Below are positions 19,539 through 29,322 of a stretch of DNA of 64,000 nt, piece by piece. The stretch's first letter is position 1; each line of letters begins with the position of its first letter. The position numbers and the translations under genes were made by a program. The notes under the pieces are model-generated. The model made no database searches, was not told the DNA's origin, and saw nothing but the letters and a program-made list of their open reading frames with translations. The DNA is from an uncultured Alphaproteobacteria bacterium (GTDB lineage Bacteria > Pseudomonadota > Alphaproteobacteria > Rhodobacterales > Rhodobacteraceae), in the NCBI GenBank assembly GCA_963703195.1, contig OY969797.1:2127569-2191568 (forward strand), read 5' to 3'.

Positions 19539-20822
19539 CTATTGCAGCGCATTGGGCAGGAACAGGGCGATGCTCGGGAAGGCGATCAACAGGAACGCCA
19601 TGGCCAGCATCGTCAGGCAATAGGGCAGCGCGCCCAGCATGACCTCATTCAGGCTGCCTGATTTGCGCGCGCCCTGCACGACGTAGAGGTTGAGGCCAAC
19701 GGGCGGAGTGATCAGCGCCATCTCGATGAGAACGATCATCAAGATGCCAAACCAGATCACGTCATAGCCCTGCACCAGCACCATGGGCACGATGATCGGG
19801 ATCGTGACAACCATCAGCGACAGCGTTTCGATGAAAAAGCCCAGCACGATGTAGAGCACCACAACCACGAGGATGAACCCCAGCGGCGACAGCCCGAGCC
19901 CTTCCATGAATGCCGTTAACTCGCGGCCCAATCCGGCCGACGCCAGGGTGAAGTTCAAGAACGATGCGCCGATCACGATCAGCATGATCATCGACGTGAT
20001 CTTGACCGTGCCGGTCAGACTCTGCGCGAGCATGTCCCATGACACGCCCCCAAAGGCGAAAGCGATCAGGAAGGCGCCCGCGACGCCCACCGCCGCGGCC
20101 TCCGTCGGGGTGGCCCAACCGCGGTAGATCGAGCCCACGATGAGACCGAAAAGTATGATGATCGGGATCAGGTCGATCAGTGCGCGCAACATCTGCGGGA
20201 TGGGGAACGTGCGGCGCAGCCCGCCAAGATCGGGGCGGATCATGCAGATGATCACGGTGACAAGCATGAACATCAACGCCAATGCGATGCCCGGAATGAG
20301 GCCCGCGAGAAAAAGCTGAGGGATCGAGGATTGGGTGAGGAACCCGTAGACGATCAGATTGATCGACGGCGGGATCATGATGCCCAATGTGCCGCCCGCG
20401 GCGATCGCGCCGGAAAACAGCTTCGGATCATAGCCCAGCTTTTCCGCCTGCGGCATGGCGACAGTCGCGACAGTCGCTGCAGTGGCGACGGAGGATCCGG
20501 AGGTGGCCGAAAACATCGTCGCGGTGGCGATATTGGCATGCACCAGCCCGCCCGGCAGCCATGACACCCAACGGTCGAGCGCCGCATAGGTCCGCGTCGC
20601 GACCCCGCTGCGCACGAGGATCTCACCGAGCAAGACGAAGAACGGGATGGCGATCAAGGTGGCCGAATTGGACGCCGACCAGACCATGTTGCCGAGGCCC
20701 CGGATCAGCGGAAAGCTGGAGAAGAACGTATCGATGCCAAATCCCAGCAGGAAAAGCACGATCCCTACTGGAATGGACAGGGCCAGCAGCCCCAGAAGGC
20801 CGACAGAGACAAAGGCGATCAT
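19539..20822 (-). CDS. dctM: TRAP transporter large permease
   Basis: AIPFF, SGSSVAT, GGTLGIMIPPS, TPTEAA, ITPPVGLNL. Confidence 0.93.
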   Translation of the reverse strand: MIAFVSVGLLGLLALSIPVGIVLFLLGFGIDTFFSSFPLIRGLGNMVWSASNSATLIAIPFFVLLGEILVRSGVATRTYAALDRWVSWLPGGLVHANIATATMFSATSGSSVATAATVATVAMPQAEKLGYDPKLFSGAIAAGGTLGIMIPPSINLIVYGFLTQSSIPQLFLAGLIPGIALALMFMLVTVIICMIRPDLGGLRRTFPIPQMLRALIDLIPIIILFGLIVGSIYRGWATPTEAAAVGVAGAFLIAFAFGGVSWDMLAQSLTGTVKITSMIMLIVIGASFLNFTLASAGLGRELTAFMEGLGLSPLGFILVVVVLYIVLGFFIETLSLMVVTIPIIVPMVLVQGYDVIWFGILMIVLIEMALITPPVGLNLYVVQGARKSGSLNEVMLGALPYCLTMLAMAFLLIAFPSIALFLPNALQ

Positions 20823-21367
20823 TGCAGCATATCCTGTTCCGCGAAGGCACCGACGATGGCTTCGGTTTCCGCATGGCGGCGCTTCAGCAGGAGGCTCAGC
20901 GCGCAAAGGGTGGTGAGGGTCGACATCACGGCGAACCAGACCCAGCCTGCGAACCACGGCATCTGCACCCAGACGAGAGGCGTCTCGAGCGGCGTGTTTG
21001 CGCGCGATCCGTTGGTCAGTGAATTGGCCACGACCGGCCATGCCATGACCGCGATGGTGATGACGACACCGGTCATGACGATCATCGAAAAGACGTCGAA
21101 CAACGCCTTGCCGAAGGACTGGAACCGCGTGCGCACCAGATCGATGCGCACGTGGCCGAGTTCAAGCAGCGTAAAGGACATGCCCCAGGAGGTAGCGAGC
21201 GCCATCGCGTAGCCCGCGATTTCCTCGGTCCCGCCCAGGCCCGCACCGAACCGTCGCAAGATGATGTCAGCCAGCACGAAGGCCGCGCAGGCCAGCAGCC
21301 CGAGCCCGACCGCGAGGGCTACGCCTTTGTTGAATGCCCGCAGGCGTTCTATCATCTTGAGTTCCAT
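20819..21367 (-). CDS. dctQ: TRAP transporter small permease
   Basis: Four TM segments, GHVRID; lies between dctP and dctM. Confidence 0.9.
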   Translation of the reverse strand: MELKMIERLRAFNKGVALAVGLGLLACAAFVLADIILRRFGAGLGGTEEIAGYAMALATSWGMSFTLLELGHVRIDLVRTRFQSFGKALFDVFSMIVMTGVVITIAVMAWPVVANSLTNGSRANTPLETPLVWVQMPWFAGWVWFAVMSTLTTLCALSLLLKRRHAETEAIVGAFAEQDMLQ

Positions 21368-21395
21368 GTCCGGTGCGCCCTTCTGTTGGTGCAGT

Positions 21396-22427
21396 TTACT
21401 CGATCACGACGCCGACGACCGCGCCTACGCTGTCGTTCCAGCGTGTGGCCCAGTCACCGCCCGACCGCTCGGCCCAATCGGGCAGAACTTCGGTCGTCAG
21501 GATCGTGCGGGCACGGTCGAAGTCCTCTTCGCTCACCTCAACCAAGGTCATGGAGCGCGCTTCGCCAGAGGCACATTCGCCATTGCCGGTCAGGCAGGCG
21601 ACGTCATTGTCCAATGCACCTTGGGCGCTGGCCCATGCAGGATCCTCGAACCCCGACACGATCTGGGACGAGATCAAGGTTTGCGTCTCCGCGTCGAGGC
21701 TGTTCCACTTGTCCATGTTGACGGCGGTCACCACGGGATCCCAGCCACCCAGCGGAATCGGCAGCAGATGTGTGGACACTTCCCACCAGCCGGCGGAATA
21801 GCCCGAACCGGCCCCGGTCACGGCGCAATCGACGACGCCGTTCTGCAATGCGCCCGGAACTTCGGCAAAGGACACGTTCACACCTTCGGCGCCCAGTGCC
21901 TCGAGCAGAAGTGCGGTCATGCGCCCCGATGCGCGCACCTTGAGGCCTTCGAGATCTGCAAGGCTGTTGATCTCGTGGTTGCAGAAAACAACCTGCGGCG
22001 GATAGGGCGCAATCGCCAGCACGTGGCTGTTGAACCGGTCACGGAATATATCGCTGACCATGGGGCGGGCCGCGTCGATCATCGCGCGCGCCTCATCCGC
22101 CGTCACGGCGAGCAGCGGCACGTCGAGGCCTTCAAGCTCCGGCGCGTCGGCCACGGCATAGTCGCCCACTGTCATCGCGACGTCATAGACACCCTGACCC
22201 AGCAACGGGTAGACGTCACCCAGCCCGAGGCTCATCTGGTTGTGGGTCGTCAGCTCCACGGTGATGTCACCGCCCGAGGCTTCCGGCAGGGTCTTGGTCC
22301 AGAACGGGGCCTCATATTCGTTGTGCAGCGGCAGGCTGGACCAGCTGCCGACGACCGATAGATTTTCGGCAAATGCCGGTGTGGCCAGCGCCGTCGTTGC
22401 AGCAAGAATGGGAAGTAACTTTTTCAT
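21396..22427 (-). CDS. dctP: TRAP transporter substrate-binding protein
   Basis: Signal peptide MKKLL...AFA; DLEGLKVRA, ALQNGVVD. Confidence 0.9.
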   Translation of the reverse strand: MKKLLPILAATTALATPAFAENLSVVGSWSSLPLHNEYEAPFWTKTLPEASGGDITVELTTHNQMSLGLGDVYPLLGQGVYDVAMTVGDYAVADAPELEGLDVPLLAVTADEARAMIDAARPMVSDIFRDRFNSHVLAIAPYPPQVVFCNHEINSLADLEGLKVRASGRMTALLLEALGAEGVNVSFAEVPGALQNGVVDCAVTGAGSGYSAGWWEVSTHLLPIPLGGWDPVVTAVNMDKWNSLDAETQTLISSQIVSGFEDPAWASAQGALDNDVACLTGNGECASGEARSMTLVEVSEEDFDRARTILTTEVLPDWAERSGGDWATRWNDSVGAVVGVVIE

Positions 22428-22459
22428 TTTGGTCGTCTCCTTGTTGGATCGGTTCGGTT

Positions 22460-23278
22460 TCATGTGAGGATTGTGGTCTCGGCGTCTTCGGCCACGTCAG
22501 CGATTAGCATGTGGCCCGGTGAATGGGTGATGCAGATCGGCAGCTTGGCATCCAGAAGAACATTCTGCGGTGTGACGCCACAGGCCCAGTAGACGGGCAC
22601 TTCGCCATCCTTGATCTCGACCGCGTCGCCCCATTCTGGCGCGGACAGATCGGAAATCCCGATCTGGGCAGGGTCGCCAATCGCAATGGGCGCGCCGTGG
22701 GCTTGGGGGTAGCGGCGGCTGATGTCGCGCGCGGCATCCACCTGGGCGGCGGGGATCGGGCGCATGGTCACGACCATCTGCCCGGCAAACCGGCCCGCAG
22801 GTACCAGATCGATGTTCGATCTGAACATCGGCACGTTGCGGCCCGTCTCAAGATGGCGCACGGGGATGCCATTGCGCACTAGGGCGTTCTCAAAGGTGAA
22901 CGAACAGCCAAGCGCCACGGTGACAAGGTCATCTGCCCAATCATCAGAAATATCCGTTACCTCATCGGCCAGCGCGCCGTCGCGGAAGACACGGTATTTC
23001 GGCACATCGGTGCGGATGTCGATGTCGCGACCCAGTGTCGGCAGCATAGGATCGCCGGTGTCGCCGACGCCCACGATTGGGCAAGGCTTTGGATTGCGCT
23101 GGCAGAACCGCAGAAAATCGAGGGCATATCGCTCGGGCAGAATGGCAAGGTTACATTGCAGCTTGCCCGCCGCGAGCCCGGCAGTGTGTCCGGCGTAGGA
23201 CCCCGACCGGATGGCGCCGCGCACTTGCGCAGCAGATGCCCCGATCAGATCCGAATGTGAAACAGCTGATGTGATCAC
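22460..23278 (-). CDS. DUF1445 putative hydro-lyase (D-glutamate cyclase-like)
   Basis: FCQRNPKPCP, DIRTDVPKY, GCSFTFE, WACGVTPQ, THSPGHM; GTG start after a GGAGG RBS. Confidence 0.88.
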   Translation of the reverse strand: MITSAVSHSDLIGASAAQVRGAIRSGSYAGHTAGLAAGKLQCNLAILPERYALDFLRFCQRNPKPCPIVGVGDTGDPMLPTLGRDIDIRTDVPKYRVFRDGALADEVTDISDDWADDLVTVALGCSFTFENALVRNGIPVRHLETGRNVPMFRSNIDLVPAGRFAGQMVVTMRPIPAAQVDAARDISRRYPQAHGAPIAIGDPAQIGISDLSAPEWGDAVEIKDGEVPVYWACGVTPQNVLLDAKLPICITHSPGHMLIADVAEDAETTILT

Positions 23279-23355
23279 GTCGCCTCCCCCTGTGAACACC
23301 ATTAGCATCACATGGTGCCGCCACTTCGATCAAATTATCATTTTGTATGAGGGCT

Positions 23356-23372
23356 GATAGATATTCTTTATC
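23356..23372. promoter_or_regulatory. Probable LysR operator (T-N11-A) upstream of the DUF1445-TRAP operon
   Basis: GATA-N9-TATC inverted repeat in an AT-rich spacer. Confidence 0.45.
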
Positions 23373-24250
23373 TACTTCAGATGCGTTCGATCCCAGTGTT
23401 CCGCCACCTCGCGGGCAATTTGGGCACTGGTTTCAATCAAAAAGCTGCGCGGTTCCGAGAGATAGGACGCGGTGAACGCCAACGGCCGCGGACGAAAGCC
23501 GGGGTCAAACTCCACGATTTGCCCGGAGACGAGCAGGTTTTCGGCCAGCGCGCGCGGATACGGCCCCACGGCGATTCCCGCCGCGATCATCTTCAGGCTC
23601 GCCGACAGAGAGGCCGACGCATAGACTCGCAGCGCGGGTCCGACCCTGCGCGAAAGCTCGGACATCAATTCGCGGTAGGGGCGCGTTTTGCTTGAGTAGG
23701 AAATGACGGGGATTTGGGCGAGGTCAGTCTGCGGGTTCGAGGTGGACCGATACCAATGCAGATTGAAGGACGGCAGATCGACGTTCTCGACCGAATACTC
23801 CGACACCGGCCCCATCAGCAGCGCGAGGTCCAGTTTCCGCTCCAAAAGCTCGGCCCGCAGATTGATGGAGATATCGACCGTGAGGTCCACGTTGACGCGA
23901 GGGTATTGCAGGTTGAACGCCTTGAGGAAATCCGGCAACCACGCCTGAGCGATTGTTTCGGACGCGCCGACGCGGAACAAGCCCTCGGCTTCGGACGGAT
24001 TGGCGACGCGCTGCTTGATTTCCTCCTCAACAAACAGCATCTGCTCTGCGTAGGACAACAGGAGCGTTCCGTGCTTGGTCAGCACCAGCTCCCCCGGACC
24101 CCGCTCGAACAAGGGCACGCGCAATTCCTGCTCCAAGTTGGCGATCCGTGTCGAGACGGCGGGTTGCGACAGGTTCAACCGTTCTGCCGCGCGCCGGAAT
24201 CCGCCCAGACGGGCCACCCAGAGAAACGTCTTGATCTGATCGAACGTCAT
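23372..24250 (-). CDS. LysR-family transcriptional regulator
   Basis: MTFDQIKTF...GGFRRAAERLNLSQPAVSTRIANLE. Confidence 0.92.
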   Translation of the reverse strand: MTFDQIKTFLWVARLGGFRRAAERLNLSQPAVSTRIANLEQELRVPLFERGPGELVLTKHGTLLLSYAEQMLFVEEEIKQRVANPSEAEGLFRVGASETIAQAWLPDFLKAFNLQYPRVNVDLTVDISINLRAELLERKLDLALLMGPVSEYSVENVDLPSFNLHWYRSTSNPQTDLAQIPVISYSSKTRPYRELMSELSRRVGPALRVYASASLSASLKMIAAGIAVGPYPRALAENLLVSGQIVEFDPGFRPRPLAFTASYLSEPRSFLIETSAQIAREVAEHWDRTHLK

Positions 24251-24589
24251 GAACCATTCATAGAATGGATCAATCGGGCCGCAAGTCGATAAGCAGCGAT
24301 TGACGAAAAACACGCTGAGGTCGATCACGACGCGGCGAAAAGGCCCCTCTTCGTCAACAGTACCTGGTGCAGGTTCAGACCCGCTGCGCTTGACACAGCA
24401 ACGGGATGGTGCATTTCGCCCCCAAGGTTCTGCCTTGATCGCGCTCACGCCCGCGGTGGAAAATTGTGCGTTTGCCCATCTGCCGGGATATGCACCAAAC
24501 TGCTGCTGACAGCTGGCAATCGCGCCAGCGCCTGTCTCAGATCTCCTCGACAGGCGTGGGCAGATCGACGGTTGGGTTCGCCGCAATTC

Positions 24590-24731
24590 CCGCAAAAGGC
24601 GGTGATGTCTGCTGATGTCAGGGATACGCTGCATGATATCGCATGGACCATTGGTCTGATTGATACTTCAGAACCCGCGCCAAAGAAGCGCGGACCCTAC
24701 CGGAAAAAGCAATTCGAACTGAAACAGTACC
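24590..24731 (+). mobile_element. IS1-like transposase 3' remnant with degenerate terminal inverted repeat
   Basis: AVMSADVRDTLHDIAWTIGLID..PAPKKRGPYRKK followed by AATTCGAACTGAAACAGTACC, resembling alphaproteobacterial IS1-like ends (recalled, not searched). Confidence 0.6.
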
Positions 24732-24803
24732 GGCGGATCAGTCCGATTTTTCTGACCGGGACCCGCACAAGGGGCTTGCATAGCCACCATTAACATCCAT
24801 ATA

Positions 24804-24819
24804 CCATCCACATGGATGG
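24804..24819. promoter_or_regulatory. Palindromic operator, probably for the adjacent RHH regulator
   Basis: CCATCCA-CA-TGGATGG perfect 7-bp inverted repeat plus an upstream CATCCA, overlapping the RBS region. Confidence 0.55.
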
Positions 24820-24828
24820 AGAACGCAT

Positions 24829-25245
24829 ATGAGCAACGTCAGACAACTGCGCGATAAGCAGCCCGAGAACGAGAAGATAACGATAAACCTTGGCTTTGTT
24901 GATCTCGGCCGCATCGATCTTCTGGTTCAGGAGGGATTCTATTCCAATCGGACCGACTTGATCCGGACCGCAATTCGTAATCAGCTGGAATCCCACACGG
25001 AAGTCGTCAGCAAATCGCTTGAACGGCATACGATGGAATTGGGTCTGCGCGACTATTCCGCTGCCGATCTCGAAGCGTTGAGAGACGCGGGCGAAATGCT
25101 GCATGTGAAGGTCGTCGGGCTCGCGCGGATCGCCTCTGACGTGACGCCGGAACTGGCCCGGCAAACTATCGGATCAATCACCGTGCTGGGCGCCCTTCAG
25201 GCCAGCGCAGAAATCAAAAAGGCACTCGCCGACCGCATCACCTAG
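24829..25245 (+). CDS. CopG/ribbon-helix-helix family regulator
   Basis: EKITINLGFVDLGRIDLLVQEGFYSNRTDLIRTAIRNQL. Confidence 0.88.
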   Translation: MSNVRQLRDKQPENEKITINLGFVDLGRIDLLVQEGFYSNRTDLIRTAIRNQLESHTEVVSKSLERHTMELGLRDYSAADLEALRDAGEMLHVKVVGLARIASDVTPELARQTIGSITVLGALQASAEIKKALADRIT

Positions 25246-25276
25246 GCACTGCCCCTCTCTCGAACAGGAAAACCAA

Positions 25277-26359
25277 ATGAAGTCATTGAACGCTGGCGCA
25301 CCGCGCCGGGCGACTGACGCCGCACGTCTGTCTGCCGCAAACGATCTTGTCCAACGCACGCTGGCACAGCACGGGTTGCTGGCGCCGCAAGGCCCAACCG
25401 GTATGGAGCCACTAGCCGCGATGCCGCCCTTCGACGGCATACTGTCTCGTCTCGCGGGATCAGGGCATGGCCGAACCGCTCCCCGCGCCGACCTGCCTCA
25501 AGGCGCGGCGTTTCGGCAAGACACGTACGCTTGCGCGTCGGGAAGCCGCCGGTTCCGAACCTATGTGCCCGCCAGTGCGGCGGGCGGCATCAAAGGCGTC
25601 GTCGTGATGCTGCATGGCTGCACCCAGACCCCCGAAGATTTTGCGGTCGGGACGGGAATGAATGCCTTGGCCGAACACCATGGGTTCATTGCCGTGTACC
25701 CCGAGCAGTCGCGGGGCGATAACGCGCAATCCTGCTGGAACTGGTTCAGTCGGGGCGATCAGCGCCGGGGCCGGGGCGAACCTGCCATCATTGCGGGTAT
25801 GACGGCGCAGGTCTGCGCGGAATTCGGCGTCGGGCGTGATATGACCTTTGTGGCTGGTCTCTCCGCCGGTGCCGCAATGGCGGCGATCCTCGGCGAGACC
25901 TATGCCGACGTCTTCGCGGGTGTCGGTGCGCATTCCGGGCTGCCATGTGGTTCGGCCAAAGACGTCGGGTCCGCCTTTGCGGCGATGGCGGGCAATGCGC
26001 TTGCCATGCCGACCCCGACAGACGCCGATCACAAGGTCAGGACAATTATCTTTCACGGAACCGGCGACGCGACCGTGCATCCATCGAACGGTCAGGATCT
26101 CGCGCGGCGCGCGCGCCGGATAAACGCACCGCAAAGCATCGAAAGCGCCATCACGGGCGATGCCGGGGGACGCCGTTTCAGCCGGGAGATTTCCTGCGAT
26201 GCACAGGGCGTGGCTTGGATAGAGCACTGGACCATCGACGGACAGGGCCACGCGTGGTCCGGCGGCAACGCCAGCGGCTCCTTCACCGACGCCAAGGGAC
26301 CGGACGCGAGCGCGGAAATGATCCGCTTCTTCTTTGAAACTTCCGATGAGGACCTTTGA
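25277..26359 (+). CDS. PHB-depolymerase-family (LpqC-like) esterase
   Basis: LHGCTQ, CWNWF, GLSAG, FHGTGDATV, GHAWSGG. Confidence 0.9.
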   Translation: MKSLNAGAPRRATDAARLSAANDLVQRTLAQHGLLAPQGPTGMEPLAAMPPFDGILSRLAGSGHGRTAPRADLPQGAAFRQDTYACASGSRRFRTYVPASAAGGIKGVVVMLHGCTQTPEDFAVGTGMNALAEHHGFIAVYPEQSRGDNAQSCWNWFSRGDQRRGRGEPAIIAGMTAQVCAEFGVGRDMTFVAGLSAGAAMAAILGETYADVFAGVGAHSGLPCGSAKDVGSAFAAMAGNALAMPTPTDADHKVRTIIFHGTGDATVHPSNGQDLARRARRINAPQSIESAITGDAGGRRFSREISCDAQGVAWIEHWTIDGQGHAWSGGNASGSFTDAKGPDASAEMIRFFFETSDEDL

Positions 26360-26360
26360 G

Positions 26361-27533
26361 ATGACCCAGATGACTTTGACTTTCGATGCCGTTGACGAGA
26401 GCGTGCCCGGCCCGAAATGGGCAGCACGTTGGGAGCGGTCATGGCCCGCCTATCAGGCGTGGTTTACGGCAAGAGGCGGGGATGCCGGCCCGTCGCGCGC
26501 GGCGTGTCGCGATGCCTTGGAGCGTCACATGCCGGAGCTGCTGAACGTATATGACAGGCTGGTGACACTGGCCGGTGGATCAGACCGGGCGGCGCGGTTC
26601 CTCTCGACATGGTGTCCGCCAACCTATCTCGGCGGGTGTTCCCTCGCGGCACTGTCGGACGGCAGGGATGTCCGCCTCGTGCGGAACTACGATCTGTCGC
26701 CGGAGCTCAACGAAGGGCTGCTTCTGCGCACCGAATGGACCGGACGCGCGGTCATGGGCATGGTCGAATTCCTCTGGGGCCTGTCGGACGGGATCAACGA
26801 TGCGGGCCTGAGCGTCGCACTGGCCTATGGTGGTCGCTCAGAGTCAGGGCGCGGTTTCGGCATCACCACCATCGTCCGCTACCTGCTCGAGACATGCGAC
26901 ACGGTGGGCGACGCGCTGGCCGCGCTGAAACGCGTGCCGTCGCATATGGCCTACAACCTCGTGCTTGCGGATGCTGCGGGCTGGACGGCCAGTGTCGAGT
27001 TGTCTCCCGGTGGCGGGGTGAAGGTAATGGCGCAGGCGATCGCCACGAACCATCAAGGCGCGAATACCGTAGCGGATCGCCCTGCATTCACGCGCACGTT
27101 TCAACGCCACGCGCATCTGAAGGGCTTGCGTGTCAGCCCCCGAAAATTGAACCGTCAGTTTCTCAAGCGGCCGCTTCTCCAGGACCGTTACGCAGAAGGG
27201 TTCGGAACGCTTTTCACGGCAGAGTATGACCCCAAAGCCCGCACTCTGGGCCTGACAATCGATGGAACCCGCTGGGATCAGGCGCTTGATGCGTTCACGG
27301 AAGGTCGTCGCGAAGCGAGATACGTGACGCCGGTCCCGACCGCTGAACATAGCCATGGCACCGTTGATGAGCACGGCGGGGTGGACTGGTCCAATGCCGC
27401 GGCATTCGATTGGCAGATGATGGCGCGCGACTATGCCAAAGGCCGCGGGCGCGCGGTCACGGCCTATATGCCCGGTGCACAGGGAAACTGCAGAGAACCG
27501 CACCCGCGCTGCGTCGATCAGGGAGGGTTGTGA
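26361..27533 (+). CDS. C45 family autoproteolytic Ntn acyltransferase/hydrolase
   Basis: HMPEL, GG|CS cleavage site, LVRNYD, DGINDAGL, ATNHQ. Confidence 0.82.
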   Translation: MTQMTLTFDAVDESVPGPKWAARWERSWPAYQAWFTARGGDAGPSRAACRDALERHMPELLNVYDRLVTLAGGSDRAARFLSTWCPPTYLGGCSLAALSDGRDVRLVRNYDLSPELNEGLLLRTEWTGRAVMGMVEFLWGLSDGINDAGLSVALAYGGRSESGRGFGITTIVRYLLETCDTVGDALAALKRVPSHMAYNLVLADAAGWTASVELSPGGGVKVMAQAIATNHQGANTVADRPAFTRTFQRHAHLKGLRVSPRKLNRQFLKRPLLQDRYAEGFGTLFTAEYDPKARTLGLTIDGTRWDQALDAFTEGRREARYVTPVPTAEHSHGTVDEHGGVDWSNAAAFDWQMMARDYAKGRGRAVTAYMPGAQGNCREPHPRCVDQGGL

Positions 27534-27830
27534 TGAAAGTGTTGCTTCGCGATGCGCTGACCGTAGTGTGAATTCGGCAAAACCCCTTGGGTGTAGTTGC
27601 CTCGGGAACTTCCATCAGGAAATAAGGGGGCCAGTCGGACCGACTTGCTGGGTCTCAAAGGCTAGGCTGCTCAAGCTAGTACAGCTTTGCCCGTAGCAGT
27701 TGATCTGCAAGAGCCCGAAGCGCGCGTCGGGCGGCGGATAGGCAGTATCCATGACCGAAGCAGCTTGTGCACCGCTCAATGTATAATCAAGTGGGCGCGC
27801 GCCCATTGGCTCAGCGACTCTCTATATATC

Positions 27831-27864
27831 AAAACGAAAACGGCGGTGCCCCAAGGCACCGCCG
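27831..27864 (-). terminator. Rho-independent terminator of the DUF4394 gene
   Basis: 10-bp stem CGGCGGTGCC/GGCACCGCCG, 4-nt loop, then TTTTCGTTTT on the minus strand. Confidence 0.85.
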
Positions 27865-27889
27865 CAATCCGCTGTCCTTCAATCCCGGC

Positions 27890-28734
27890 TCACATCCCGG
27901 ATGAAACCGCGAAGCTGGAGATGTCGGTCGTGCCCAGATCGGACAGGAGCGTCGCGGCGCCGGTCGTCAGGTCGATGGCGTAGAGCCCGGCGCTGTCCTG
28001 CCCGTCGATCTGGAGGACGGCATAGGCTGCGTCCTCGCCTTCCGCAGGGGAGACGATATCGAAGCCGCCGACCGGCAGTATGTCGGCTGGCTCGCCGTCG
28101 ATGGTCACAAGCCCGACTGTCTCGAGCTCGCCTGCGTTATTGGCAAGGCTCACCAAGGCGTTTGCCCGCGCGTCGAGGGCGTATTGAAAGGTGCCGCTCG
28201 CCTTCGCGCCGTTGATCGCGTTGGTGTAGGCGTTGGCGAAGATCAGAGGCTCCGCACCGTTCGACATGTCACCCTCCGCATAGAAGAGATCCGTGAAGCG
28301 GCGCACGGAGTTGGCCTTGTCATCACCGAAATCGGCGGGGAAGTAGACCAGGTTGTCGCCCGCGGTGGATACCGCGCGCACGGCGTCGATGGCATTGTTG
28401 AAGTCGAAGGCGACCATGGCGTCACCCGCGATCATCGCATCCTCCATGAAGGTTGCGCCCTGATCCGCAGTCTCGCCGGTTGCGGTATCGATCGTCACGA
28501 TGGAGCCATCGGCATAGCCTACAAGCTCGCCTGTCACGGGCCGCCATGCGATGCTGCGCACCGGCGCGGACAGGGTGACGGTTCTGGCATCCGCGGGGGC
28601 GGCGATGCTGTCCATCACCAACAGGCTGCTGCCATCGGCGGAGAGCGCGTAGCCCATCGTACCCGCATGGCCACCAGCAAAGCGGATGTGGCAAGCAGGG
28701 CGAAAGCGGAAGTCGTCATTGTAAATCGAAACAT
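27890..28734 (-). pseudogene. DUF4394-like exported protein with a 1-nt deletion at the end of the signal peptide (or sequencing error)
   Basis: RBS AAGGA plus MFRFTMTTSAFALLATSA is out of frame with FAGGHAG...RPVTGELVG...FDFN..IDAVR..AYTN; span is 845 nt. Confidence 0.7.
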
Positions 28735-28797
28735 GTTGTTTCCTTTCGTGGGTGAGTTGAGGGTCGGGCGCCGCATGGAACGCGGCACCGCGATGGA

Positions 28798-29253
28798 TCA
28801 GGTTTTGAACGTGAGGCTGATGCCGTTCAGGCAATGGCGTTTGCCGGTTGGCTGCGGCCCGTCGTCAAAGATATGGCCGAAGTGTGACCCGCAGCGACGG
28901 CAATGAACCTCCGTCCGCGTGACGAACAAGGTATTGTCCGGCTTGGTACGGACGGCATCGGGCAGGCTTTGCCAAAAGCTCGGCCAACCGGTGCCGCTGT
29001 CGTATTTATGCGCCGAGCTGTAGACGGGCAGATCGCAGCCCTTGCAATGATAGGTGCCATCGCGTGTCTCCTTGTCGAGCGGGCTCGAATAAGGCGTCTC
29101 GGTCTTCTCGTCGCGCATGACCGCGAATTCATCCGCGGTCAGCATGGCGCGCCATTCCGCGACGCTGCGTGTGATCTCAAACTGGCCTTCGCGCGCGGTC
29201 ACACCTGTGCCCGCGCAGGCCAGCAGCCCGGCCAGTAGCGTTCTACGTTGCAT
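28798..29253 (-). CDS. msrB: Exported peptide-methionine (R)-S-oxide reductase
   Basis: Tat-like RRTLL; CKGC, KYDSGTGWPSF, CRRCGSHFGHIFDDGP, RHCLNG. Confidence 0.95.
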   Translation of the reverse strand: MQRRTLLAGLLACAGTGVTAREGQFEITRSVAEWRAMLTADEFAVMRDEKTETPYSSPLDKETRDGTYHCKGCDLPVYSSAHKYDSGTGWPSFWQSLPDAVRTKPDNTLFVTRTEVHCRRCGSHFGHIFDDGPQPTGKRHCLNGISLTFKT

Positions 29254-29322
29254 GATGAACCTCGTGGTTGGATGGGGTTGCTCCCCCCGCCGGGGCGGAG
29301 GGAGGGTGCGCGCAGGCTCCGG

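Noticed and set aside
24251-24634. N-terminal extension of LysR in the ORF track (420 aa)
   Set aside because: The HTH starts at MTFDQ (24250); the upstream part looks like non-coding or relic sequence
16192-27830. Intact prophage or integrative element at tRNA-Gln
   Set aside because: No integrase, phage genes or att direct repeat found by eye
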